A DNA stretch of 64,000 nt from Malacoraja senta. Lineage: Eukaryota. Each line of letters opens with the position of its first letter. Within the stretch, counting starts at the first letter, position 1. Both the position numbers and the translations under genes were made by a program. The DNA lies in the NCBI GenBank assembly GCA_038087875.1, contig JAXLNO010003747.1:124001-188000 (forward strand). The letters run 5' to 3'. Positions 13,291 through 25,316 of this stretch are shown here, one piece after another. A model generated the notes under the pieces. That model was not told where the DNA came from and made no database searches. It was given only the letters and a program-made list of their open reading frames with translations.

Positions 13291-13371
13291 CCGCTAAAGC
13301 TGCCTTTGCCTTCAAACCGCTAAAGCTGCCTTTGGTTTCAAAATGCTAAAGCTGCCTTTAGACAATAGATA

Positions 13372-14305
13372 ATAGACAAGAGACAATAGGTGCAGGAGTA
13401 GGCCATTTGGCCCTTCGAGCCAGCACCGCCATTCAATGTGATCATGGCTGATCATCCCCAATCAGTACCCCGTTCCTGCCTTCTCCCCATATCCCTTGAC
13501 TCCGCTATTTTAAGAGCCCTATCTAGTTCTCTCTTGAAAGCATCCAGAGAAACTGCCTCTACCGCCCTCTGAGGCAGAGAATTCCACAGGCTCACCACTC
13601 TCTGTGAGAAATAGTGTTTCCTCGTCTCCGTTTAAATGGCTAACTCCTTATTCTTAAACTGTGGCTTCTGGACTCCCCCCAACATCGGGAACATGTTTCC
13701 TGCCTCTAGCATGTCCAAGCCCTTAACAATGTTATATGTTTCAATGAGATGCCCTCTCATCCTTCTAAACTCCAGAGTATACAAGCCCAGCTGCTCCATT
13801 CTCTCAGCATATGACAGTTCCGCCATCCCGGGAATTAACCTTGTAAACCAACGCTGCACTCCCTCAATAGCAAGAATGTCCTTCCTCAAATTAGGGGACC
13901 AAAACTGCACACAATACTCCAGGTGTGGTCTCACTAGGGCTCTGTACAACTGCAGAAGGACCTCTTTGCTCCTATATTCGATTCCTCTTGTTATAAAGGC
14001 CAACATGCCATTCGCTTTCTTCACTGCCTGCTGTACCTGCATGCATACTTTCATAGACTGATGAACAAGGACCCCCAGATCTCGTTGTACTTCCTTTTCC
14101 CAACTTGACGCCATATAGATAGTAATCTGCTTTCCTGTTTTTGCTACCAAAGTGCGTAACCTCACATTTATCCGCATTAAACTCCATCTGCCATGCATCT
14201 GCCCACTCCTCCAACCTGTCCAAGTCACCCTGCATTCTCATAGCATCCTCCTCACAGTTCACACTGCCACCCATCTTTGTGTCATCTGCAAATCTGCTAA
14301 TATTA
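13372..14305 (-). mobile_element. CR1 (HER1-like) LINE, 3' fragment
   Basis: LVRPHLEYCVQFWSP...EGVQRWFTRLIPGM...LEFRRMRG; typical 3' tail. Confidence 0.92.
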
Positions 14306-15322
14306 AAAACATAGAAACATAGAAAATAGGTACAGGAGGAGGCCATTCGGCCCTTTGAGCCAGCACCGCCATTCATTGTGGTCATGTCCCCTATCAATAA
14401 CCCGTGCCTGCCTTCTCCCCATATCCCTTGACTCCACTAGCCCCTAGAGCTCTATCTAACTCTCTCTTAAATCCATCTAGTGACTTGGCCTCCACTGCCC
14501 TCTGTGGCAGGGAATGCCATAAATTCACAACTCTCTGGGTGAAAACTTTTTTCTCACCTCAGTCTTAAATGACCTCCCCTTTATTCTAAGACTGTGGCCC
14601 CTGTTTCTGGACTCGCCCAACATTGGGAATATTTTTCCTGCATCTTGCTTGTCCTGTCCTTTTATAATTTTACATGTTTCTATAAGATTCCCCCTCATCC
14701 TTCTAAACTCTAGTGAATACAAGCCTAGTCTTGTCAATCTTTCCTCATATGACAATCCCGCCATCCCAGGGATCAATCTCTTGATCCTACGCTGCACTGC
14801 CTCAATCACAAGGATGTCCTTCCACATATTAGGAGACCAAAACTGTACACAATACTCCAGATGTTGTCTCACCAGAGCCCTATACAACTGCAGAAGAACC
14901 TCTCTACCCCTATACTGAAATCATCTTGTTATGAAGGCCACCATTCCATTAGTTTTCTTCACTGCCTGCTGTACCTGTAAGCCAACTTTCAGTGACCGGT
15001 GTACAAGGACGCCCAGGTCTCGCTGCACCTCCCCCTTACCTAACCTAACCTAACCCCATTGAGATAATAATCTGCCCCCTTGTTTTTGCTGCCAAAGTGG
15101 ATAACCTCACATTTATATATATTATACTGCATCTGCCACGCATCTGCCCACTCACTCAACCTGTCCAGGTCACCCTGCAACCTCCTAACATCCTCTTCAC
15201 AGTTCACACTGCCACCCAGCTATGTGTCATCCGCAAACTTGCTAGTGTTGCTCCTAATTCCCTCTTCCAAATCATTAATATATATGGTAAACAATTGCGG
15301 CCCCAACACCGAGCCTTGCGGC

Positions 15323-18300
15323 CAGTGGCGGACTGGCCAGGGTATCAGCTTGCCCGATGGCAAGTGGGTCCCTGATGAAGAGCCCCCCCTACATCAAATA
15401 AAAATGCAACAAACAAACAAACACAGACAACTGTTTTAGTAATAAAAAGGAATAAGATGTATCTGGCAGCTAGGATTACACTGAAAGTTTAATTTAAAAA
15501 ATATCCACGGTATGAACAGGGATGATCTACTTTTGAGTTAAAATTAGTCACAAAAATTAACATTCATTCAATCTCACAGGACTTATCGTATAATAATTAC
15601 TTACAATATTCTCTGATTTTACCGCTCCAGTGTGGTTTTTAATTCTTTGAAAAGGTTCTCCCAATACTTAAATGACACCAAATAATAATATACTCCCAAA
15701 AAATTTCGGTTGGCAAGTGAGAAAATGTTGTATCAAAGATTTGTCCGTATTTTTGTCACACACACTTGAAAAGCCTCAGCCTGCCCCCCCCCCCCCCCCC
15801 TCTTATTGAAGAGATTTTTAATTTTTTTAGTTTTTGTATATGTATAAAAGATCATTGTTGCATATAACATCTTGTTGCATCATTCACCAGGCGGCCAGAC
15901 ATGGCGTGGCTCCTTTACCATTCTTTTTATATAGTTTTTCAAGTTTCGTAAAAAAAAATTATCGGTAAACAATATCCAAATTCAGCTACATGTGAGTTCA
16001 AATTTAGATATTCGAAAAACATAATTGTTACACCAGGGTAGGCTCCAGTTATCCATAGTAATTATCTGGTTATCAGTGACTGCATTGAAAATATTATATG
16101 AAAAGTTAATGAAGCCTGTTCTTCAGCATATGTGCTTAAACATAAGTTATTGTTAAAGCTATGTGAGAGGTATTATCAATACTCAGGATTTTTTCATATA
16201 TATATTCTTGTGAATCATTGTTCTCAGTGATGAACATTAAGTATCGTAATAGTAATAGCCTTACAGATGAAACTAGTAGTGCTTGAATATCTTTCAAGGT
16301 TAACAAATATAAACCGGATATAAAATATGAGTCATCAGCGATGCAGCAGCAGGTCTCATTGATGCTAAATGTATAAAACGTCCACAATTATTATTGGGTA
16401 TGTGCTTAAAGGTATTATCTGTGAGCGACTACTTTCAGTTGTGCCAAGTAATGATGGTACAGGACAGGGACTTTTTGATCTATTGATTGAAACATTACAG
16501 CATCTTAAAATTGACCCCCAAAAATGTTTATCTGATAGCACAGATGGCACTGCAAGCTACCATGGCCAGTATAATGGTTTACAAGGTAAAATTGCTGATG
16601 TGGCTGATCAACATGTTCATATACAATACAATACAATACGGTTTTATTCGTCACATTGCACACAAAGTGCAAGTGAAATGGTGCTATGCCCATGTCTTGA
16701 ATTTGGTGATAGCTGAAACAACAAAATGTTGTGAGCCTGCAGTTTCTTTTTTCAATTTGCTCCAGAATAGAGCAACTTTTGTGAAAGCATCATACAAGAG
16801 AATGGCCGTATGGATAGAAGTTGTTGGAAAACATCTAGGATAAGAAAAAATGAAATGATTAAAGCTAATTGGTGAGACCAGATGGTCAGGAAAATCCAAT
16901 GCAGCAACAACTATATTTGGAAGTTTTGATGATGCCGCTGCCAGTACTTTCGTAAATCTATTGACATGCTTATCAATGATACAAGATTCAGAAAAGTTTG
17001 ATGCAAAAACAAAACATGAAGCAAATGTTTTACTTCAAAGTCTTCTAAAGTTTGAAACCATATTGACAGCATTTCTTTACTTGTATATATTTGAAACTAC
17101 AACCCCGTTATCAAGTTATCTACAGACAAGTGGGTTAGATATGTTTACTGCATGGAGTTTGGTAGATTCAGCTACAACAAAGTTGAAGGAACAGACAAGA
17201 ACATTTAATAACATTCACAGCAAGGCTTTGGAATTTGTAAAGAAATGTAATGACAGGATTTCACAGATGAATATGGATGAAAATCAAACATTGGAAATTA
17301 TTGCGTTGGAAACAGCATTGCCAGTTAAGAGGCAGAGGAAGAAGAAAAGAATGGCAGATGAGCTTATTGATGATGAAAGAAATTCCTCAGATTCTCTAGC
17401 TGATTTTTGAGTAAATGTGTTTAACCCAATAATGGATCGCATTGTCCAGTCACTAGAATCACGCTTTGTACAACACAAACAGTTGTATAAAGATTTGTCC
17501 TGCTTGGACCCAGCAAAGTTTAAAACCATTGCAGAGAAGGGCCTTGAAGATGAAGCATTGGAAGGCATTATTAAGCTGTTTCCACAAATCAGCAAAGATC
17601 AAGTAATATTGGAATTGTTTTCTTTTGCTTCAAACTTTGATGTATTAAAGTTGCTTAATGATGATGAGAATATGGATTCCAGTTGCAACAATTGTAAAAT
17701 GTGCAGCACTTGCCCATCGAGTGTACTAAACATTCTGGCATCCAACAGACTTCATGACTTGATAAAGGCATATGATAACCTTTATCAACTTTATAAAGTC
17801 ATCTGCACACTATCAGTTACTCAAGTCCAATGTGAGAGGACATTTTCAAAGCTAAAGATCATAAAGACAAGGTTAAGAAATTCGCTGTCTGAGGGGAATT
17901 TGGAATCATACATGTTGCTAACCATTGAAAAGGAATTGTTAGATGAATTGGATGCAGAAGCAATTATTAGCAGATTCGCACAATCATCTAGCGAACACAA
18001 ACGATTGCTCTTAATATAGTGGACTGCATGCAATGCTCTATTGTGCTTTTCAACTATCTGTTAATGTGTAAATTGTGCAGTAAATTATTTAAAAATATCA
18101 ACCAATTATTTAAAATTAAAAAAAAATTAAATTATAACATTCTGTATTTACATTCGGTATCTACTGCCAGTAATATGTACAGTACATGTACACTGTAATT
18201 ACTAAGAACCATTTTTTTCACAAACATTTTAAATTGTACCCTTTTTTCCATATGTATTTTTTGAAAAATTTATTTATTCGTCGTCTCCTGGCCACCAATA

Positions 18301-18323
18301 TTTTTAGACCCAGTCCGTCACTG
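15323..18323 (+). mobile_element. hAT-superfamily DNA transposon (~3.0 kb)
   Basis: 14-bp TIRs CAGTGGCGGACTGG (15323-15336) and CCAGTCCGTCACTG (18310-18323, 1 mismatch); 8-bp TSD CTTGCGGC / CTTGCAGC; splits a CR1 element. Confidence 0.93.
16369..18019 (+). pseudogene. Decayed hAT transposase (ZMYM1-like/hATC dimerisation domain)
   Basis: Fragments with CERLL, STDG, H..NLVI, ETRWS and C-terminal SVTQVQCERTFSKLKIIKTRLRNSL; several stops and a small retro-tail insertion at ~16620-16680. Confidence 0.9.
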
Positions 18324-19414
18324 CTTGCAGCACTCCACTCGCCACTTCCTGCCATTCTGAAAAGGACCCGTTCACTCCTACTCTTTGCTTCCGGTCTGCC
18401 AACCAATTTTCTATCCATGTCAACACCTTACCCCCAATACCATGTGCTCTAATTTTAGTCACCAGTGTCCCGTGCGGGACCTTATCAAATGCTTTCTGAA
18501 AGTCCAGGTACACTACATCCACTGGCACCCCTTCATCCATTTTACTTGTCACATCCTCAAAAAATTCCAGAAGATTAGTCAAGCATGATTTCCCTTTCAT
18601 AAATCCATGTTGACGGACTAATCCTTTTACTGCTTCCAAATGCCCCATTATTACCTCTTTAATAATTGACTCCAGCATCTTTCCCACCACCGAAGTCAGG
18701 CTAACTGGTCTGTAATTCTCCGTTTTCTCTCTCGCTCCTTTCTTGAAAAGTGGGATAACATTAGCTATCCTCCAATCCACAGGAACTGATCCTGAATCTA
18801 TTGAACATTGGAAAATGATCACCAATGCATCCACTATTTATAGAGCCACCCCCCTGAGGACCCTGGGATGCAGACCATCAGGTCCAGGGGATTTATGATC
18901 CTTCAGTCCCATTAGCCTACCCAATACTATTTCTCGCCTAATGAAAATTTATTTCAGTTCCTCTACCCCCTTAGATCCTCTGTCCTCCAGTACACCTGGG
19001 AGATTGTTTGTGTCTTCCTTAGTGAAGACAGATCCGAAGTACCTATTCAACTCTTCTGCCATTTCCTTGTTGCCCATAATAATTTCACCCGTGTCTGCCT
19101 TCAAGGGACCCACGTTTGACTTTGCTACCGTTTTTCCCTTAACATCTTTAAGCTTCTTTACTCAATACTCTGACTGATGAAGGACAAAGTGCCAAAATAT
19201 TTTTTGACCACCTGATATACCAGCGACTCAACCTTCAAGGAACCATGCAACCATCAACCATTCCTCTGCCCACCTGGCTAATTGATCGAGATCCTGCTGC
19301 AATCTTTCACAACCATCTTCACTATTTGCAAATCCACTCACTTCTGTATCATCAGCAAACTTGCTAATCTTGCCCTGTTCTGTGACGTTTCACAGAGTGC
19401 TGGAGTAACTCAGC

Positions 19415-19995
19415 GGGCCAGGCTGAGTACAGAAGTTGGGAGGTCATGTTGCAGTTGTAGAAGTAGTTGATGAGGCCGCATTCAGAGTATTGTATTCAGT
19501 TCTGGGCACCATGTAATAGGAAAGATGTCATCAAACTGGAAAGGGTACAGTGAAGATTTACGAGGATGTTGCCAGGCCTAGAGGGCCAGAGCTGTAGGGA
19601 GAGGTTGAGTAGGCTGTGACTCTATTTCATGGAGCACATGAGGATGAGGGATGATCTAATAGGTGTATAAAATCATGATTTGAATAGATATGGTTGAGTC
19701 TTTTGCACAGAGTAGGTGAATCGAGGAGCAGAGGACATAAGTTTAAGGTGAAGGGGAAAAGATTTAATAGGAATCTGACAGGTATATTGTTCACACAAAG
19801 GGTGGTAGGTGTATGGAACAAGCTGCCAGAGGAGGTAGTTGAGGCGGGGACTATCGCAACATTTAAGAAACACTTAGACAGGTACATGGATAGGACAGGT
19901 TCGGAGGGATATGGATCAAATGTGGACAGGAGGGACTAGTGTAGATGGGACATGCTGGGCCGAAGGGCCTGTTTCCACACTGTATCTCTCTATGA
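19415..19995 (+). mobile_element. CR1 LINE 3' fragment
   Basis: RPHSEYCIQFWAP-like and SRSRGHKFKVKG...FTQRVVGVWNKLPEEVVEAG. Confidence 0.85.
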
Positions 19996-21474
19996 CTCTA
20001 TCTATCTTTCCCTCTCAAACCCATTCTCCTGCCTTCTCCCCATTACCTCTGACACCTGTATCAATCAAGAATCTATCAATCTCCTGAAAAATGTCCATTG
20101 ACTTGACCTCCACAGTTGTCTGTGGCAATGAATTCCACAGTTCACCACCTTCTGACTTAAGAAATTCCTGCTCATCTCCTTCCTAAAGGAATGTATTTTA
20201 ATTCTGAGGCTGTGGCCACTGGTCCTAGACTCTCCCACTAGTGGAAACATCCTCTCCACATCCACTCCATCCAGGTTTTTACCAGACTGGGACAGACGGC
20301 AACAGCTTCACACCGTGTCCCAAAGCTTGTGTCCTGTCCTGCTTCACCCAGGCAGCAGATACATTATAGGAGAGGGCAAGCACCGTAACAAGTTAGTTCA
20401 CGATGGTTTGGGTAACATTCAGGAATGTCTATGCATGTCACATCATGAATATAACTGAAGAAGGGTCTTGACCCGAAATATAATCTATACCGTTTCTCCA
20501 GAGATGCTGCCTGACTCACTGAGTTACTCCAGCACTTTGTCTATTTTCCCTTCACCCATCTGCCCAAGCCCACTCTCCCCTCTCCTTTCCTATGTTCCTT
20601 TCCACCCATAAACCTCTCTCTACCTTTACATTTCACTCCTCTTTCAAATCTGCTCTACTTATCTACATGCATTTTTCTTCTTATCTTTTTAGTCATAGAA
20701 TGATGCAGTGTGAAAACAGGCCCTTCAGCCCAACTTGCCCACACCAACCAACATGTCCCATCTACACTAGTCCCACTCACATGCGTGTGGCCCATATCCA
20801 TGTAAACCTGTCCTATCGATGTACGTGTCCAAATGTCTCTTAAACATTAGGATAGTCCCAGCCTTAACTACCTCCTCTGGCAGCTTGTTCCATACACCCA
20901 CCACCCTTTGTGTGAAAAAGCTAACTCTCAGATTCCTGTTAATTTCTGAAATATTGGTCATGAATTTGATGCGAAAATGCTCCAAAATAAGGCTCAGAAT
21001 GCATCAGAGAGCATCTAAAACCCCTGAGCTTCCAGGGCCCTTAAGCGGGCCCTGGACCGCGGCATCGAGGGACTTCACGCTTCACGCTTGTGATGTGCAC
21101 AGCGCGCACATTATTTCACATTACAATCTTTTTGTGATCCTGTCATGCCACCCCCCTTTTTGAAAAGCTTCGTACGGGCCTGAGGTAGGAAGGCATGTTG
21201 GTGCTTTACAGGTCATCAGCCACTGTGTAGCACTGGGAGATGGTACTGGTGAGTACAGTTTAGTCCTGGCACAGCAGTGTGTACTGATAGGGGACAGATC
21301 TATCACTGCATAACAGAGAATGCTGGAGAAACTCAAGAGGTCAGGCAGCATCTGTGGAGTGAATGGACAGACAACCTTTTTAGTTGGGACTATTCTTCAC
21401 ACGGATTGTAGTATGGGGGAAGAAAGCTGGAAAAGAAAGCTGCCGTCCAAAAAAGAAAACTTGAATAAGCCCTT

Positions 21475-21990
21475 GATATAAGCCTGGCCGATTGTTTCAC
21501 TGAACACCTTCACTCATTCCGCCTGGACCTACCTGATCTCCCGGTTCCCAAACACTTTACTTCCCCTTCCCATTCCCACACTGACCTTTCAGTCCTGGGC
21601 CTCCTCTTTTGTCAGAGTGAGGCCAAACGCAAATTAGAGGAACAGCATCTCATATTTCACTTGGGCAGATTACAACCAGTGGTATGAATATTGAGTTCTC
21701 TGACCGTAATCCCTGCATTCCCTCTCTCTCCATCCCTCCCCCACCCAAGTCGTACCAGCTTCAAAGTCCCATCTCACCTAACAAACAGCTAACAATGGCC
21801 TGTTTTCTTTATCATCATTACTTTTGTGCATATCTTTCATTGATTTGATCTATAGCTCTCTACATCACCGTCTATATCTCCCGTTTCCCTTTCCCCAGTC
21901 TGAAGAAGGGTCTCAACCCGAAATGTCACCTTTTCTCCAGAGATGCTATCTGACCCGGTGAGTTACTCCAGCTTTTTGTGTCTATCTTCA
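21475..21990 (+). mobile_element. Penelope-like element 3' fragment (GIY-YIG C-terminus plus terminal repeat)
   Basis: FTEHL...DLPVPKHF...LEEQHLIFHLG; followed by a hammerhead-type motif at 21900-21927. Confidence 0.85.
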
Positions 21991-22160
21991 GTGTAAGCTA
22001 TAGCTTGCAAAAGGGTGGTTAATAAATATTATGTGAATGCTGCAGTGGGATTAAACAATGTCGACAATTGATGCGTAACTGACAGGAAGCAAAACTTTTT
22101 GTAAAATATCTCCTTTGTTCTGGAGGTGCATAACAATTTTGTCACTTCCCCTGTAGCATC

Positions 22161-22179
22161 TGGTGCCCTCTTGTGGTCA
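22161..22179 (-). promoter_or_regulatory. Predicted CTCF site
   Basis: Reverse complement TGACCACAAGAGGGCACCA. Confidence 0.45.
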
Positions 22180-22689
22180 AAGTGACAGTAATCTGGCGGT
22201 TGCTGTCCACAGATATTTTATTACAAATTTGGAACAAACAAAACTGATGCTGGGTCTCATCCCAGAATGTCAATAATTTCCTCCCTACCCACAGATGCTG
22301 CTCGACCGCTGAGTTCCCCTAGGCTCCAGCAGTTTGTTTGTTGCTCCAGATTATGAGAGGCGTAGACAGTCAGAACCATTTCACCAGTTTGGAAATGCTC
22401 AACTTTAGAGACCAGAGCTAGAAAGTGAAAGGGGGAAGGTTTAATGGAGAAGTAGAGGGCATGTTTCTTTATACAGTGGGCGGGGGGGGGGGGGGCTGGA
22501 ACGCACTGTATGTGTGGTGGTAGTGCAGATATGATAGTAGGATTTAAGAGACTTTCAGATAGGCACATGGAAGTGCGGGGAATAGAGGGATATGGGTCAT
22601 GTACAGGCAGATAAGATCAGTTTAAGTTGGCATCTTGTTGGCACAAACATTGTGGGCCAAAGGGCCATATTGTTCTATTCTAAATTTAA

Positions 22690-23005
22690 TTTCATTTTGT
22701 TTAGTTTTAGAGATACAGCGCTGAAATAGTCCCTACTTCCTACTGAGTCCGCGCCGACCAGCGATCCCCATAAACCAGCACCATCCGACACAGGTGAGAC
22801 AATTTACCATTGTTTTTACCGAAGGACAATAACTTACAAACCTGTATGTCTTTGGTGTGTGGGAGGAAATCAGAGCTCCTGAAGAAATCCCATGTGATCA
22901 CGGGGAGAACATACAAACTCCTTACTGACAGCACCCGTTGTCAGGATCGAACCCGGGTCTGTGGCGCTGTAAGGCAGCAGCTCCACCGCTGCGCCATTGT
23001 GCCAC
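22690..23005 (-). mobile_element. V-SINE (HE1-like)
   Basis: Same consensus as 48-400. Confidence 0.88.
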
Positions 23006-23814
23006 CCCTAAATATGTTCACTATTCTATTGCAGAATCTCCAATCTCTCCCCCAATGTCAGCAAGGTGAATTTGAAGGAGCTAGTTATCGACTGCTGGAA
23101 GGAAGATGGTGTACAAGCCATAAGCTTCTGGGATGCACCGCAGCGGCAGAAGCAAAAGACCACGGATCGACCAGGCGGCCGCCGAGAACAAAGATAGACT
23201 CGGCGGGTCGCCTGTAGCCATATGTGCCGGCAGGTTTGGTTCGCCGGTGTGAAGAGCAACCCGGTGGAAGCTGCTGAGCTTGGCCCCGAAACCCGGAGAG
23301 TCGTGGAGGAGGGAGCCGCTGCCGCCGCTGGGCGCAAGGAGTGGGCCGCTAAGAGAGGGACTGAGGTATTACCTCCAGGGGAGGAGTTGCCTCCCGGGAC
23401 ACAGAGCCAGTTGGGCGACGAGAGGGACGTCTGTTGGCGGGCCGAGCTGGTCGAGGGTGACGGAGGAGGCCCCCCTGGCAATAGCCTAGGGTTTAACTGA
23501 GCTTACCTGGATCGGGGGCGCTCCAGTAAATCCAACATACGGACCGGACAGTGGACTTTTTCTTTTTCTTTTGTAAATACTGCCAAATTATGGCGACGGG
23601 AGCAAGAATTTCACTGTGCAGTGCATAAGTGACAATAAAGAATCATTGAAACATTGAAGTCAGAATCAATAATGTAGAAGTGCGAGTGCTGAAGTGGGAA
23701 TGGTGAAGAACTTCAAATTCCTCGGCATGAACAACCTGTTGCATTTTAGTCACTGGGGCAGAACTTTGATAATAATGAACGTTTAACAATCCATCTGCAA
23801 CACTGATTAGAAAC

Positions 23815-24260
23815 ATAGAAAGCAGGTGCAGGAGTAGGTCATTAGGCCCTTCAAGCTAGCACCGTCATTCAATATGATCATGGCTGAGCATCCAGAATCA
23901 GTACCCTGTTCCTGCTTTCTCCCCATATCCCTTGATTCTGTAGCACTAAGATCTAACTCTCCCTTGAATACATCCAGTGAATTGGCCTCCACTGCCTTCT
24001 GTGGCAGAGAATTCCACAGATTCACAACTTTCTGGGTGAAAATGTTTTTCCTCATCTCAGTCCTAAATGGCCTACCCTTTATTCGTAAACTGTGACCCCT
24101 GGTTCTGGACTCCCCAAATATCGGGACATTTTTTCCTGCATCTAACTGTCCAATCCCTAAGGAATTTTATGTGCGTCTATAAGATCCCATGTCATCCTAA
24201 ATTCCAATGAATATAAGCCCAGTCAGTCCATTCTTACATCATATGTCAGTCCTGCCATAC
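23815..24260 (-). mobile_element. CR1 LINE 3' fragment
   Basis: FTQKVVNLWNSLPQKAVEA motif and TAGAAACA tail. Confidence 0.85.
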
Positions 24261-25316
24261 CGGGACAATAAATATTTTACTTTTTTATGAACAATATCCT
24301 TGATTTTATTGCTTTAAAAAAAAATTCTGTTCCAGTCCCACCACAAAGATTTTTGCTGTATAATTGTTTGGCTCCTTTCCGCCTTCAATCAATTGAAAGC
24401 CAGAGTGGTAAAGAAGCCACTATTCATAGCATTGAGTATAAGAGTCAGGAAGTCATATGCTGCTTTATGGAACTTCAAAGATAGACACAAAATGCTGGAG
24501 TAACTCAGTGGGACAGGCAGCATCTCTGGATAGAAGGAATGGCTGACATTTCTAGTTGAGTCCCTTCAGGCTGAAGAGGAAAGGGAGACATGGAGATAAG
24601 GAAGTGTAAGGTATGAAAGAATGACATCAAAGGAGGTGTAGTTCAAGGAAAATGTAGAATAGATCATTATTAGCCAGGAGTAGGTGTGAACGAAGCATAC
24701 ATAGATCATTTTTAATCAGGGGGACAGTCAGACTGGTCGGAGAATAGAACTTCAGATAGGCCACTTTTAGAATATTATCGGCATTTCTGGTTGCCCCAAT
24801 GCAGGATGAATTTGGAAGCATGGAATTAGTGCAGAGGTGGTTTGCCAGAATGATGCACAGATTAGATATTAGCTAGAAGGAGAGGTTGGACAGACTTAGA
24901 TTGTTTTTTTTTTTTTTTTTTATTTTTTTTTTATTTTTTAGAAGTACGGTAGATTACAGTAATGTACAACACGTATATATTAATACATTTTTTGTACCGC
25001 TTCACTTTTTTAAACTTTAAGAAAGAAAAAGAAAGAAGTAAGAAAAGTGAAGAAAGTGCACAAAGGTTGTGAAGTGCAAAAGAGTGTTGGGAAAAGAAAG
25101 CCCCTTAGAAAAGAAGTTAGAGAAGGAAGTAAAGTTAGAAAATAGACCCTAGAAAAAAAAAGAGAAAGAAAGAAGGAACAATCGCTCTATTATAATTCTT
25201 ATACCATACTTCATAGAGAAGGAACTACCAACCAAGTCTGTTTTTATTTTACCTCCCATTACCAGGTCCAGATACCTTTTATTTATTTATTTGTTTTTCT
25301 AAATTACTATTGCACC

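Larger units (their letters stand above)
14395..19150 (-). mobile_element. CR1 LINE split by the hAT insertion (14395-15322 and 18324-19150)
   Basis: RT motifs NYRPVSLTSVVGK, YLDFQKAFDKVPH; sequence is contiguous across the hAT TSD. Confidence 0.9.

Noticed and set aside
20945-21181. Possible DNA-transposon end (CGTACGGGCCTG terminus)
   Set aside because: Only one end is visible, with no partner TIR or TSD.
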